A program made the position numbers and the translations under genes. DNA of 37,641 bases from a virus (taxonomy: Duplodnaviria > Heunggongvirae > Uroviricota > Caudoviricetes): positions 64,001-101,641 of the IMG/VR virus record IMGVR_UViG_3300012347_000366. One strand, written 5' to 3'. This document shows, piece by piece, positions 16,300 to 25,777 of this stretch (position 1 is the first letter of the stretch; every line of letters begins with the position of its first letter). The notes under the pieces were generated by a model that had not been told where the DNA came from, did not search any database, and worked only from the letters and a program-made list of their open reading frames with translations.

Positions 16300-16560
16300 T
16301 TAGCCCTTGAGTAGTGCTTGTGCTTTGTTAACAATGTTGTTGCGACTTAGGGTCAAGTCAATCCAGCCCATTTGCTCAAGAACTCCGAGAATTGCAAGAA
16401 AATCTTCTAGTTCTCCGACAAGTTCTTGTTTGTTGGTAGTAGTGCGATCTGGGTGACGGTTCTGTTCACCAAAACGGTTGATTTTTGAAACCGCTTGAAT
16501 TACCTCAGCTGCTTCCTCCTGCAGCTTGCAGATTAAATATTGTGTTGGATTTGTGTTCAT
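16300..16560 (-). CDS. MazG-like NTP pyrophosphohydrolase
   Basis: KLQEEAAEVIQAVSK..RFG...N..ELVGELED motif. Confidence 0.7.
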   Translation of the reverse strand: MNTNPTQYLICKLQEEAAEVIQAVSKINRFGEQNRHPDRTTTNKQELVGELEDFLAILGVLEQMGWIDLTLSRNNIVNKAQALLKG

Positions 16561-16562
16561 GT

Positions 16563-16820
16563 TTATTCGTATGCGTGGATTAGAAAATATCCGTTACCTG
16601 CGTGGATTTGGTGTGAGCAGGTGTACTGGTAACCTTCTGGAATTTCTTCACCAGTTAGTGCCAAGTACACTTCGTGTTCAAAAGGATTTGTGTTGGTGGT
16701 TTCTAGTACTTCAAACCAACCCATGATCTTGCCATCCTGATCGTTTAAGTAGCGAAGCTTCCAGTCTTGACTGGTGAGCTTGATGGTGTTTATGCCTGGG
16801 TAAAGCTGTAGTTTAAGCAT
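16563..16820 (-). CDS. Hypothetical protein
   Basis: Start reassigned to MLKLQ, coupled to the upstream stop; ends in a TGE..P.GY.Y...Q...G.FLIHAYE pattern seen in phage proteins. Confidence 0.6.
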   Translation of the reverse strand: MLKLQLYPGINTIKLTSQDWKLRYLNDQDGKIMGWFEVLETTNTNPFEHEVYLALTGEEIPEGYQYTCSHQIHAGNGYFLIHAYE

Positions 16821-17037
16821 TCTCACTTTTTTGCTCCCATAATTTACCTTGTTGACCACAAGCTGCCCACCAGGTTTTGCGGCGTTCATCAATGCAGTCA
16901 CTGCCTGTGAAATCGGCATAGGCCAGTGCATATGCGTCACGGCGATTAACTTCTGGATTCTGACAATTTAGTTTCCAGCTACTGTGAGTTTGTTTGATGC
17001 TGTGTGTACATTCACGGCAAAGTTTAACTTTTGTCAT
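16813..17037 (-). CDS. Cys-rich hypothetical protein
   Basis: CxxC...C...C...CGQQGKLWE. Confidence 0.6.
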   Translation of the reverse strand: MTKVKLCRECTHSIKQTHSSWKLNCQNPEVNRRDAYALAYADFTGSDCIDERRKTWWAACGQQGKLWEQKSENA

Positions 17038-17344
17038 CAACAATCTCCAAGAATTTATAAAGGGTCATCTGTGTAGGGTCGTATTCTTTACCGTCAACGA
17101 TAAAACCCATGCGTTTGGTGCCATGTTCCGTTTCATACATCCACCACATCAGCCAGTCAAATAGCTCAGGGCCTAGTAGTTCGGCTACTAGTTCAGTGTA
17201 CGGACCCTCAACCGCATCAGCTAGGCCAAAGATTTGATTATCGGAGTTAATGTAAGCTAGTGCCTTACCAACAGCATCTTCGCGAGCACGTTGAGTAATC
17301 ATGGCTTGACAATAGTTGTAGGCAATTTGGTGAGTTTGTTTCAT
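17024..17344 (-). CDS. Hypothetical protein
   Basis: 106-aa ORF tiled in the leftward operon. Confidence 0.7.
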   Translation of the reverse strand: MKQTHQIAYNYCQAMITQRAREDAVGKALAYINSDNQIFGLADAVEGPYTELVAELLGPELFDWLMWWMYETEHGTKRMGFIVDGKEYDPTQMTLYKFLEIVDDKS

Positions 17345-17655
17345 TGGTTGTGCTTTCTGTAGTCTTCGGCAGCTTGCTTGGTTGAAAAGCTGTGTTGGAC
17401 AGGAATGTTGCCGAATAAGTAGTAGTCTGTGACAGCTTCAGTTGGTATGACTGTGGTTTTGGTTGGTCTACCAACGCTGCTGAAGACCCAAACTTTGGTG
17501 CCTGGTTTGACTAGCACACCGTCGGCAGTAATTGCAGTGGTTTGTGAGTCGAGTAGTGCTTGCGCAAACTGTTCCAGCTCAGCTCGTTGTAGTGGGCCGA
17601 TATTTGCCCAGTCTTGCAGTCGTGGAACCTGGTCTAGTAATTCTTTTAGTTTCAT
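17341..17655 (-). CDS. Hypothetical protein
   Basis: Start reassigned to MKLKELL, directly after the upstream stop. Confidence 0.65.
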   Translation of the reverse strand: MKLKELLDQVPRLQDWANIGPLQRAELEQFAQALLDSQTTAITADGVLVKPGTKVWVFSSVGRPTKTTVIPTEAVTDYYLFGNIPVQHSFSTKQAAEDYRKHNQ

Positions 17656-17656
17656 T

Positions 17657-18424
17657 TTAGTCCTTGATGTTGTGTGCGGCTTCGATGGCTCGGGCAAAAG
17701 CGTACAAGTGGGAAAGAGAGCTGTCACTAACACACACGGGCGACCTCACGTATGCGTCCCAAATCTCATCATCCGTCAGAGGCTTGCGCTGTGCTGGCTG
17801 CGGGGCGGCTGCAAGCATGGCTGCAAAGGTGTGACGTACACGCACAGATCTGTTTGCGAAACCTCCTGCCTCCCACGCTTCTGGACTGTCAATCTTGTTT
17901 TCGGCTTCATAGTGAGCATCACGCCCAGCCAACAGCATTTCCGATGTTGGTTCAACCGGAACCAGCTTCCATCCTTGCACGGGCGCTGGCTGCTGGGATG
18001 CCCACTCGGCTTGTGCCCACCGCCGAACAAGAGTTGAAAAGTTCCGGCCAAACATGCCAGCCGATAGGTCGTAACCCTCATCTTGTGCGTCTGCCAGCAA
18101 CGCTTCGACAATTTCACCAGCCAACGCTTGCACTGCCATACCAGGCACTTGCTCTACGGGTGCTGGCTGCTCTGCGAGTGCTTGCGAAGCGGCCGCCAGA
18201 GCAAATTGCAGCTTTAACTCGTGGCCTTGCATCCACAGAAGTTCGGCTTCTAGTTGTGTAATCCGGGCCTCTCGCTCTTGCCACAAACCTTCGTTGAACT
18301 TGACGCCCACAGGCTCTTGCTGAGCCTCTCCTCGGCCATATGCCATGCCGCCAACCCAAGCAGCATCCAAGGCAAGTTGATATTGTTCAAGGGTTTTTGG
18401 AGTTTCTGTTGCAATAATTTTCAT
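17657..18424 (-). CDS. Mosaic Ala/Gln-rich phage protein
   Basis: QPAPV, KLVPVEPTSEM, AMLAAAPQP, KPLTDDEI, FARAIEAAH segments typical of proteobacterial phage hypervariable ORFs; locally higher GC. Confidence 0.75.
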   Translation of the reverse strand: MKIIATETPKTLEQYQLALDAAWVGGMAYGRGEAQQEPVGVKFNEGLWQEREARITQLEAELLWMQGHELKLQFALAAASQALAEQPAPVEQVPGMAVQALAGEIVEALLADAQDEGYDLSAGMFGRNFSTLVRRWAQAEWASQQPAPVQGWKLVPVEPTSEMLLAGRDAHYEAENKIDSPEAWEAGGFANRSVRVRHTFAAMLAAAPQPAQRKPLTDDEIWDAYVRSPVCVSDSSLSHLYAFARAIEAAHNIKD

Positions 18425-18514
18425 TTTAATAGTTCCTGGTATCTGCGATCAACATCACGTAAATGTGCATCTAGCTTTTTCAACATCACTTCCCGTTCTT
18501 TGCCCACTAACTTA

Positions 18515-18724
18515 TTAGCCGCACTCAGCATCGAAGCGGCGTCGGAGTTCTTGGCAAGTAGGTGCGTTTTGTATTTTACATAGTTCTGCATAATAATCCT
18601 TTAAGTCTTGGGTTGTGGCATCTCGCCACACATAGCATAGGTCACCCCAACGGTCGTGATCGGTATGTAGGCGCTGCAAGATTAGCTTGCCTCGCCAGTT
18701 GGTGCGGAATTGGTAGTTTTTCAT
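18515..18724 (-). CDS. Hypothetical protein
   Basis: YQFRTNWRGKLILQR...WRDATTQDL. Confidence 0.65.
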   Translation of the reverse strand: MKNYQFRTNWRGKLILQRLHTDHDRWGDLCYVWRDATTQDLKDYYAELCKIQNAPTCQELRRRFDAECG

Positions 18725-19008
18725 GCGTGCTTTCTAAGTGGGTGATTCTCAGGCAGTTTCAATCTACCACAAGCAGGTGTACGGCAAACGCCTGGTGCAC
18801 TACACCCTGGACAAGGGTCTGCAGTGGATTCAGGTTGTTTATCTCGCTCAGACTCTAGCCGTCGTTTGTACCCTAAGGTGTAGCAAATCGTCCAGGCTTC
18901 GTTGGATTCAGTACCCTCTTTGTAGGGATTATTACATTCTCGTTTATCCATGCCTTTGCCGTATCCGGCTTCGCAAGCATCGCAAATTATAAATATTCGT
19001 GAAATCAT
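18721..19008 (-). CDS. Cys-rich hypothetical protein
   Basis: 95 aa, ATGA-coupled. Confidence 0.6.
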   Translation of the reverse strand: MISRIFIICDACEAGYGKGMDKRECNNPYKEGTESNEAWTICYTLGYKRRLESERDKQPESTADPCPGCSAPGVCRTPACGRLKLPENHPLRKHA

Positions 19009-19181
19009 TTAGACCTCACACAACGATATTTTTCAGTTTTAAGACTAAGCTGCTTTGCCGCTGCTTCGCACTTTTCCGATGCATTCATCTTGTTCTCGCT
19101 TTGGTAAAACTCACCAATAGGACGCCAATCCAAGTGACCACCACCAGCCACGATAGTATAAATCATCAAAATGTAAGCCAT
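19005..19181 (-). CDS. Hypothetical protein
   Basis: AAGGA SD before MAYILMIY; promoter at 19206-19234. Confidence 0.6.
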   Translation of the reverse strand: MAYILMIYTIVAGGGHLDWRPIGEFYQSENKMNASEKCEAAAKQLSLKTEKYRCVRSK

Positions 19182-19299
19182 AGTTATTTCCTTTAATATG
19201 TATATATTATAACACAAAAGCCAAAGCCCCTCAAGTGCGCAAACACTGAGGGGCTTGAGATTGTTGCATAAAAACAACACTTAGCAAAAGCAAACTATT

Positions 19300-19485
19300 T
19301 TATCGGCCCATTGACTCTGGGTATAGTTGCCAGCCTAGGTCACTGTTAGCTTTTTGCAGCTCCGCGACCCTAAATCGCAGCTCACAGATTTCTTCGATTA
19401 ACTGCTCGTAAGGAGTCGCCTCTCCAAACTGTTCCATGACCGCGATACGAATACCAAGTTTTTGTCGCATATTTAGTTGCATCAT
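19300..19485 (-). CDS. Hypothetical protein
   Basis: 61-aa ORF in operon. Confidence 0.55.
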   Translation of the reverse strand: MMQLNMRQKLGIRIAVMEQFGEATPYEQLIEEICELRFRVAELQKANSDLGWQLYPESMGR

Positions 19486-19631
19486 GACTCCAGGTACTCA
19501 CGCAGTTGGTGCAAGAATACACTCACACACCAGACTAGTGCGTGCCATGCTGGAATTTGTTGACCCAAGTACCATTGATACGCAAAAGACACGCAGCACA
19601 AGCCGCTAAGAATAGTTAAAAGTAGTTTCAT
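19482..19631 (-). CDS. Small two-helix membrane protein
   Basis: MKLLLTILSGLCCVSFAYQW...WHALVWCVSVFL. Confidence 0.5.
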   Translation of the reverse strand: MKLLLTILSGLCCVSFAYQWYLGQQIPAWHALVWCVSVFLHQLREYLES

Positions 19632-19632
19632 A

Positions 19633-19923
19633 TTAGTTCCAAGTTCTGTGGGCTTCAGCAACCCACTCTGTTCCATCATATTCGTGTACTGTCCAGATTA
19701 CATCATCTGGGATTATAACAATTTTAAGATGTGCACAATCTCCATTGGCCTCTTCGCCTAGTGCTTTAACTGTGGCAACAAGCCACGAACAATCTCGTGG
19801 AATGTCCGAATCGTATTCACATGGTTCCGCACCGTGTTCCTGACAAAAGCCACGATACATTTCCATGGCTTCGTCGCTTAGGCCAAATCCGCCATGTCTG
19901 GTATTAATTACAATTTGTGTCAT
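19633..19923 (-). CDS. Conserved phage hypothetical protein
   Basis: IVIN..HGGFGLS...R....LV..V..LG..ANG..A.LKIV.IP...W...EYDG.EW motif. Confidence 0.75.
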   Translation of the reverse strand: MTQIVINTRHGGFGLSDEAMEMYRGFCQEHGAEPCEYDSDIPRDCSWLVATVKALGEEANGDCAHLKIVIIPDDVIWTVHEYDGTEWVAEAHRTWN

Positions 19924-20369
19924 ACAGCTTCCAGTTTTTGTCGCAATTCAAGATAAAATGTGTGATACTTGGCCATGCGTTCCAAGTCTTTGGCAGCCAC
20001 ACCCTTGAGTCTGCGAATATCAGTGTTGTGACGCAAGTCAGCCATTTTTACTTGCATGGCATCACGATTGGCAAATACCTTGGTTTTGTACTGTTCATAA
20101 GTGTAACCACGTTCTTTGGTTAGTGCCATGATGCCTTCACAAACTCGCATACTCATACCAGCTTCTAGTAGGTCGCTGTATGTAGTATCAGTATCTTCGA
20201 TTACATCGTGTAGCAGTGCCATGCACTGCAATTCTTCGTCATCAGACTTCAAAAAACTCATGACTCGCAATGGGTGCAAGATATAAGGCTTGCCACCTTT
20301 GTCAAACTGACCATGATGTGCATTAGTTGCCAAGTGAATGGCTTTGTCAAGCATTTCGCCGCGTTTCAT
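19920..20369 (-). CDS. HD-domain small alarmone hydrolase-like (SpoT/Mesh1 HD)
   Basis: AHHGQ.DKGGKPYILHPLRV...LLHDVIEDT...VKMADLRHN. Confidence 0.85.
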   Translation of the reverse strand: MKRGEMLDKAIHLATNAHHGQFDKGGKPYILHPLRVMSFLKSDDEELQCMALLHDVIEDTDTTYSDLLEAGMSMRVCEGIMALTKERGYTYEQYKTKVFANRDAMQVKMADLRHNTDIRRLKGVAAKDLERMAKYHTFYLELRQKLEAV

Positions 20370-20614
20370 ACAGTCTCCAAGATTTTGTCTAGGGCCGAAG
20401 TCAATAGGGTATCTGGGTCACTAAATGGCCACAGGTACTTTTCAGGGCAGCCGTTGAGTTTATTATAGCTATACTGGCTATTAAGTTCGGGGCTAATAAG
20501 ATAAATGTCATCAAATTTAATACCCTCAACCGTAATAATTTTGCCATTGCAGTCACCACCAATAACGTTGGCTGGTACGCCACGAATCATACAAAGTGTT
20601 CCAGGTTTAATCAT
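20366..20614 (-). CDS. Hypothetical protein
   Basis: 82 aa; promoter at 20642-20670. Confidence 0.65.
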   Translation of the reverse strand: MIKPGTLCMIRGVPANVIGGDCNGKIITVEGIKFDDIYLISPELNSQYSYNKLNGCPEKYLWPFSDPDTLLTSALDKILETV

Positions 20615-20716
20615 AGTATATCTTTCCTAATCAATATAAATATTATAGCCCAAAAAGCAAAAAGCCACAAGTGCATTTCTGCAAATGTGGCTTAAAAGTG
20701 TTGCTAAAACGCAACA

Positions 20717-20935
20717 TTAGTTAAAGAGTTTCTGTAATTTCTGCTCCATCCAAGGAACAAATATTTTGCCTAGGACAAACCAACCAAAGCAAACATAAAC
20801 AATAGTGTCTAGCCAATTTCTGGGAATAACCCATTCAGCTAACACAATCCAAAGTGCGCTGACCAAGACCAGTGCCCAAAGTTCAAATCGTTGCACATAC
20901 GCTTGAACGCAAAATTCATGCCAAAATTGTTTCAT
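20717..20935 (-). CDS. Small membrane protein
   Basis: Two hydrophobic helices. Confidence 0.6.
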   Translation of the reverse strand: MKQFWHEFCVQAYVQRFELWALVLVSALWIVLAEWVIPRNWLDTIVYVCFGWFVLGKIFVPWMEQKLQKLFN

Positions 20936-21117
20936 GGACGGTTCCTTGGAAATGGCCAGCTGGGATTATCCTCTGGTAAACTGCCACAAGTACATTGGCG
21001 ACCTTGTTCACAGTCTTGAGTACAAAGTGAGTCGTGCTCAGAGTAGTAATCCGCTACTTTCCAGGCCCACCAAACAATGGCCGCAACAACCAGTACAATA
21101 ATAAATAAATTAGTCAT
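20932..21117 (-). CDS. Membrane-anchored Cys-containing small protein
   Basis: N-terminal TM, CTQDCEQGRQCTC. Confidence 0.55.
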   Translation of the reverse strand: MTNLFIIVLVVAAIVWWAWKVADYYSEHDSLCTQDCEQGRQCTCGSLPEDNPSWPFPRNRP

Positions 21118-21119
21118 GT

Positions 21120-21749
21120 TTAATCCCACAGAGTTTCGTAATATTTGCCAAACATCATAAAAGCGTGCTGCTTGCGAGCATTGTGTGCCTCTAGCCCAGG
21201 ATAATCAACTTTAATACGGCCAATAGACTGCATCAGGTCTTCACCAGGAACTTTTTCACCGTGGTCATAAAACTTGTCGGTTTCGTCATCAGACTTGTGC
21301 TGTGTAAAAGCCCAGATTAGTTCGTCTAGGAACCACTCGTAACGCTTGTGCAAGTTGGCATCTGAATCCCACTCATGTTCGCAACCATCACGAGCACCTA
21401 GTGCAGTTGAGCGAAGATGTTCTGGCACATCACAGTCGTCAATATAACCACTACCATGCTTGTGCTTTTTCAACTCAATTAACAGCGGCGCAATGATTAG
21501 GCTAAGAGTGTGATCTACATTCCAGTGGTCGTAACGATCAATGCGAACGTACTCTTGGCGACGCTTGTGTTTGTGTACCCAGTTACACGCTTTGGTCAGC
21601 CAGCTATCGGTTCCATCACGGTTTTCACTAAGCCAAGTGCCAAACTTGTGTACACGATCGTCGGAATACTTGTCCATCCACCAAAGAATCTTTTCAGCAA
21701 TCTGATAAGGTCCAATCCAGTTGGTGTAGGGGCCTAGTTTTACTTGCAT
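21120..21749 (-). CDS. Conserved phage hypothetical protein
   Basis: MQVKLGPY..W...VRIDRYD.WNVDHTL..II.PLL..LK...HG...D..DVPE.LR...FGKYYETLWD. Confidence 0.8.
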   Translation of the reverse strand: MQVKLGPYTNWIGPYQIAEKILWWMDKYSDDRVHKFGTWLSENRDGTDSWLTKACNWVHKHKRRQEYVRIDRYDHWNVDHTLSLIIAPLLIELKKHKHGSGYIDDCDVPEHLRSTALGARDGCEHEWDSDANLHKRYEWFLDELIWAFTQHKSDDETDKFYDHGEKVPGEDLMQSIGRIKVDYPGLEAHNARKQHAFMMFGKYYETLWD

Positions 21750-21937
21750 AAATCATCCTCTAAATTATGTTGTCTGCAAACTTCACTTACTTCTTCAAAT
21801 GTAGGCCACCGCTTGTGCTCGTCGTAGTAGTGATATGCTTCGCAGACTATACATCCACGAAAGTATTCTGGACAACGCTTGCCATAACCAAAGCCACGAC
21901 GTTGATTTGCACGACGGCGCATCTTACGTAATTTCAT
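21740..21937 (-). CDS. Hypothetical protein
   Basis: 65 aa, CxxC. Confidence 0.55.
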   Translation of the reverse strand: MKLRKMRRRANQRRGFGYGKRCPEYFRGCIVCEAYHYYDEHKRWPTFEEVSEVCRQHNLEDDLCK

Positions 21938-22254
21938 GGAAATAGCCTTAGTTGTTGGTTGATGTAGTAGTGCAAGTTTTGCCTGGCACGATCGTAAACT
22001 TCCGAAGGCTCAATCAGCTCGGGGTCTAGACCCTCAACCGCACAAGCCCAGTCCAAAAAGATATTGTCTATTTCTGAAAACATAGCTTGAGCACCTTGGC
22101 GAAACGCTTGTTTCATCCAGTAGTCACGATTTGAACCATTTTGTGGATTGCCGTACATATAAACTTGTGCACGATTTGATCCCATTTCAGGATACTGTTC
22201 GTCAAAAAACCAACGATTGAATTCGCGGTCTAAGTTAAATTTTTCACGGTTCAT
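21934..22254 (-). CDS. Hypothetical protein
   Basis: 106 aa, ATGA-coupled. Confidence 0.65.
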   Translation of the reverse strand: MNREKFNLDREFNRWFFDEQYPEMGSNRAQVYMYGNPQNGSNRDYWMKQAFRQGAQAMFSEIDNIFLDWACAVEGLDPELIEPSEVYDRARQNLHYYINQQLRLFP

Positions 22255-22508
22255 GCTTCTATTCCAAAATGTTGTTTGATCGTTTCACTTGCAATATGAT
22301 AGATTGTATATGGTTGTGTCTGCACAGGGTAGGTGTATCCATCAACCAGCCCCATACATTCTTTCACAATCAACTCGGCGAACTTTTCTTTATTGAACAC
22401 TTTCTCTGTAGAAAGAAGTTCACGCTTGCCGGCAATTCCAACCCAGTAAGGCAAACAGGGCACATTCTCCCAGCACTGTTCAGCAAGTTCTTTGATTCGT
22501 TCGTTCAT
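22251..22508 (-). CDS. Hypothetical protein
   Basis: MNERIKELAEQ...EKFAELIVKEC...IKQHFGIE motif common in freshwater phages. Confidence 0.7.
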   Translation of the reverse strand: MNERIKELAEQCWENVPCLPYWVGIAGKRELLSTEKVFNKEKFAELIVKECMGLVDGYTYPVQTQPYTIYHIASETIKQHFGIEA

Positions 22509-22714
22509 TAGTAAGCTCCTTGATGGTTGTCGCAAGCACTGGTAATATCTGTGTAGAAGTTTGACAACACTACAAGTGCATCTTTATCATCGCCATGTTT
22601 GTAGGCATTGCGAAGTGCATTACGCAAGTCGTCTAGCAAGTTGTGATATTGCACTGCATTAAGATAAATGCGTGCTTCTTCGGCGTTTTCACAGGAAATT
22701 TTAAGTTCTAGCAT
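22508..22714 (-). CDS. Hypothetical protein
   Basis: 68-aa ORF in operon. Confidence 0.6.
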   Translation of the reverse strand: MLELKISCENAEEARIYLNAVQYHNLLDDLRNALRNAYKHGDDKDALVVLSNFYTDITSACDNHQGAY

Positions 22715-22895
22715 ATTTGTTTAGTTGTTTGAGTGTTGCGAGATCAGTAACAGGCTGGTAATTGCTCTTGGCCATTGGCACAATGCAATGTTTGAACTCA
22801 CGAGCCACACGCTCACCACACGGCAAGCAGGTATGTTTGCCCAATGCCCAGCGCTTGGGGTTTACGTCATCTGAACATTTTACGCAAAAATACAT
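22701..22895 (-). CDS. Zn-finger protein (DksA/TraR-type C4)
   Basis: CVKC...PKRWALG..TCLPCGE; GGAG SD; promoter 22920-22948. Confidence 0.6.
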   Translation of the reverse strand: MYFCVKCSDDVNPKRWALGKHTCLPCGERVAREFKHCIVPMAKSNYQPVTDLATLKQLNKYART

Positions 22896-22952
22896 AGTTG
22901 ATCTCCTATCCAATAAATTATTATATAATGTCTTGGACACGAGATCAAGAGT

Positions 22953-23309
22953 TTATTTTCGCATTGCCTTGACAAGTTGGTCTGTTAAACCACGAATAAC
23001 TGCCTTATAGCTTTGAATACTGGCATTTTGGCCTGGCAACCATGCTGGTCGCAGTGCCAGTGCAAGTTCATCGTCATTGGTAATCAACACAGGTTTAACT
23101 GTGCCGTCTTTCCAGCGCAATCGTTCACAGTAAATGGTAACGATTGGTGGTGGTTCAAAATCAATTGGACCCTCAGGTGGAGTAAGCTTGAGTGGTTGTT
23201 GTACTGCCACACGCACAGCACCTTGGCGTTCCATTTGTTCCAGCAACCATAGCGGAAGATCCAATACCGTGATTGGTTCAAAGTCTTGGGTGTAGAGTAC
23301 TACGTTCAT
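22953..23309 (-). CDS. Hypothetical protein
   Basis: 118-aa ORF. Confidence 0.7.
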   Translation of the reverse strand: MNVVLYTQDFEPITVLDLPLWLLEQMERQGAVRVAVQQPLKLTPPEGPIDFEPPPIVTIYCERLRWKDGTVKPVLITNDDELALALRPAWLPGQNASIQSYKAVIRGLTDQLVKAMRK

Positions 23310-23310
23310 A

Positions 23311-23535
23311 TTACCAATATTTTCGTTTAAAATGCTCAGCTAGTTCCAACATACTGGCTTTGAAATCATCATCAGTTTCTACAAGCCTACCGTGCCAGTA
23401 AATTTCTCCTTGTGGAGTAATCTTGATAATTTCACGGTTATTAGCTTGCATGGTTAGTATGTCTGGATTAGCTGCTACAGTTAATTGCCCGTAATTTGGC
23501 GTGGGCATAAGTGTATAGTTTATTTCCATTACCAC
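23311..23535 (-). CDS. Hypothetical protein
   Basis: 74-aa ORF. Confidence 0.55.
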   Translation of the reverse strand: MVMEINYTLMPTPNYGQLTVAANPDILTMQANNREIIKITPQGEIYWHGRLVETDDDFKASMLELAEHFKRKYW

Positions 23536-24455
23536 TGTGCCTCGTTTGGGATTAGCTTACGATGTTGAATCCAGCCACGCAGGTTACCAGACCACAAGTC
23601 ACCGTTACGACTAATATGGGTAGTACCTTCTTCCCAATACTCTGGGTTATAGCCATATGTGCTATAAGGGTTCATAGGAGTAGCTTGATGCTCAACAGGG
23701 CTGGCGTGTGCTGGAGTAGATTCAATCAGTTGATGGAAAATTTTCTGAGCCTTTTCCAGTGTATCATCGTTCTTACGATACGACACTTGAGCACAGCAGC
23801 TAGCGCTGATAACATGGGCTTCATCTGCGGTGAGGTCGTCACCATGATTATCGTAGTAGCAAAGACTACCATCAACAATGCTGCGATCAGTACGAACATA
23901 AGGTACATGCCATTCTCCAGGGTGTAACAGTTGTGGTGTGCTGCTATCATAAGCTTCACGCATCTTACGTGCCAGTTCAGCAATCTCAGGCTGTGCGTCT
24001 GCATGGTCACGCAACCAAAAGAAGTTTGCCCATTCAGTGCCAGAGATAACAGTTTTCATGGTCATCCAGGGTTCGGTCACGCGATTGGCAATTTGTTTGT
24101 GCAGGCCAGCACGATCACTCATTGCCCAAGCCCAATGTAGTGCGTCTTGCATAGCACGCGTCCACATAAACTTAACATCACCCAAGTCGTTGTCTGTGAG
24201 TTCGGTTTTAGCCTGCATACCTGCTTGATTCTTGCCCCAAAACACAGGGCCTGCAGGTGCTGCTTTGATTTGCTCGTGCATGGCTTTTACAGGAATGGCG
24301 CGTGAACTTGCCGAGTTCTTTGAAAGCATACGGTGAGTATTGAGTTCTGCTAAGATAAACCGTGGATACTCAATTTCCATGGTGGTCATGCGTACGCCGT
24401 CTGGTGAAATGCTGTCGGCAACGATTCTGGCAGTAATGTTGTCTTTAAAGTTCAT
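23529..24455 (-). CDS. thyX: Flavin-dependent thymidylate synthase (ThyX-like)
   Basis: YPRFILAELNTHRMLSKNSASSRAIP, HKQIANR..EPW, HASPVEHQA motifs. Confidence 0.85.
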   Translation of the reverse strand: MNFKDNITARIVADSISPDGVRMTTMEIEYPRFILAELNTHRMLSKNSASSRAIPVKAMHEQIKAAPAGPVFWGKNQAGMQAKTELTDNDLGDVKFMWTRAMQDALHWAWAMSDRAGLHKQIANRVTEPWMTMKTVISGTEWANFFWLRDHADAQPEIAELARKMREAYDSSTPQLLHPGEWHVPYVRTDRSIVDGSLCYYDNHGDDLTADEAHVISASCCAQVSYRKNDDTLEKAQKIFHQLIESTPAHASPVEHQATPMNPYSTYGYNPEYWEEGTTHISRNGDLWSGNLRGWIQHRKLIPNEAQW

Positions 24456-24795
24456 TGGTTGTAATAGTTAGTGGTAAATAAGAATTTGGTGTGTTTGAAA
24501 ACAGGGCAAAGTGCTCGCGCTTGTGAAAAGTGTCCAAGTAGTGTTCTACAAAAAGCTGTGCTTTACCAGCAAGTTTGTAGCCACAGGCAACCAGCTCACA
24601 GTTTTCACGAATTTCATAATAACTTTGATTAGCCAAAACAGTGCCCTTCCAAATACGCTTTGACTTGGGCTTCTGGCACATCGCGTGGACACTGCCCATC
24701 AAATGCCAGATTGGGCGAATCCCACCATTGCGTTACTAACTCACGATCGCCTATCAGTGACATTAGCATTGCGTTCATGTAATCGGTTATGTTTT

Positions 24796-24975
24796 TCATG
24801 GGTTAGTACGATGAAACGTTCCACAATTTGGACAACAAAGGCCTTTGATTTTAGTGCCTTCATCTGTACGACTGGTATATTGGTCCTCATTAGGAGCGTA
24901 CAACACAATGGCAGTACAGGCATAACAAGTAAATCGTTTCATTTTAGTTTCATCAAATCCAATTACTTTAGCCAT
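24796..24975 (-). CDS. Zn-ribbon protein
   Basis: FTCYAC...CCPNCG. Confidence 0.55.
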   Translation of the reverse strand: MAKVIGFDETKMKRFTCYACTAIVLYAPNEDQYTSRTDEGTKIKGLCCPNCGTFHRTNP

Positions 24976-24976
24976 A

Positions 24977-25732
24977 TTAAACCTCAATCGTTTTAAATGG
25001 ATCAAAACCAATGCCATCGTTCATAGCAGTGTAGTAACCGTGAGGATTCGCAACCACACGAGTATCACCAAGCACGATATCAGTAGCATCATGGGTGTGT
25101 CCAAACAACCAAGTAGTATTAGACATAGTGGCGATGTACTCACCAAGATTGTTAGCAAAGTAGTCATTGATTAGGGTTGCTGCACGGAATCTGGGTGCAA
25201 TGCACTCACGAGCTGGTAAAAAGTGTGTGACAACCACAACTTTGCTGTCGCCGCGCTGTTCGTACTGATCTTTGATATAGTCAAAGTGCTCGTAGTAAGT
25301 TTTAGCGCAACGGTTAACATCAAAGTCACGAATCATGCGAAAATCGTTGATACCGCGCTTGGCTGCACTTTGACTAAAGGGATTTTCATCAAAGTTAGTC
25401 CACAGTGTACCACCAACAAAGTTGACACCGTCAATGGTCACACTTCCTGGATTTAAAAAGTGCACGTTGTCAAACTCCAAGCACTTGTTTTCCATTTTGG
25501 CATTGAACTCGTCAAAGCCGGTGCCATAGTACTCGTGGTTGCCAGGCACATACACAATTTGTGGAAAGCCTTGGTCACGAAAGAATTTGATAACGTCCAT
25601 GGTGTTGGTGCTTCCGCTAGCAATATCACCTGCAAGCACAAGCACGTCTTCGCCACGATATTCGGCAAAGCTCTGAGTTTTGTATGGCAGACGAAATTCT
25701 GTGTGTAGGTCTGATAGTAGTCTGATCTTCAT
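24977..25732 (-). CDS. Calcineurin-like metallophosphoesterase
   Basis: SDLH, LAGDI, VPGNHE, VVTHF, FGHTH motifs; promoter 25753-25781. Confidence 0.9.
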   Translation of the reverse strand: MKIRLLSDLHTEFRLPYKTQSFAEYRGEDVLVLAGDIASGSTNTMDVIKFFRDQGFPQIVYVPGNHEYYGTGFDEFNAKMENKCLEFDNVHFLNPGSVTIDGVNFVGGTLWTNFDENPFSQSAAKRGINDFRMIRDFDVNRCAKTYYEHFDYIKDQYEQRGDSKVVVVTHFLPARECIAPRFRAATLINDYFANNLGEYIATMSNTTWLFGHTHDATDIVLGDTRVVANPHGYYTAMNDGIGFDPFKTIEV

Positions 25733-25777
25733 AATTTTTTCCTTAAGCCTTTATTATAACAGATTGAGCTAAGGAAT

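Noticed and set aside
14094-16354. Telomere-like TTAGGG repeats
   Set aside because: Not tandem; always the longer TTAGGGTC, dispersed on both strands; treated as a binding-site motif instead
24977-25732. Metallophosphoesterase as the missing T5 A1
   Set aside because: Only 251 aa, located in the early region, and resembles the ordinary small phage phosphoesterase family
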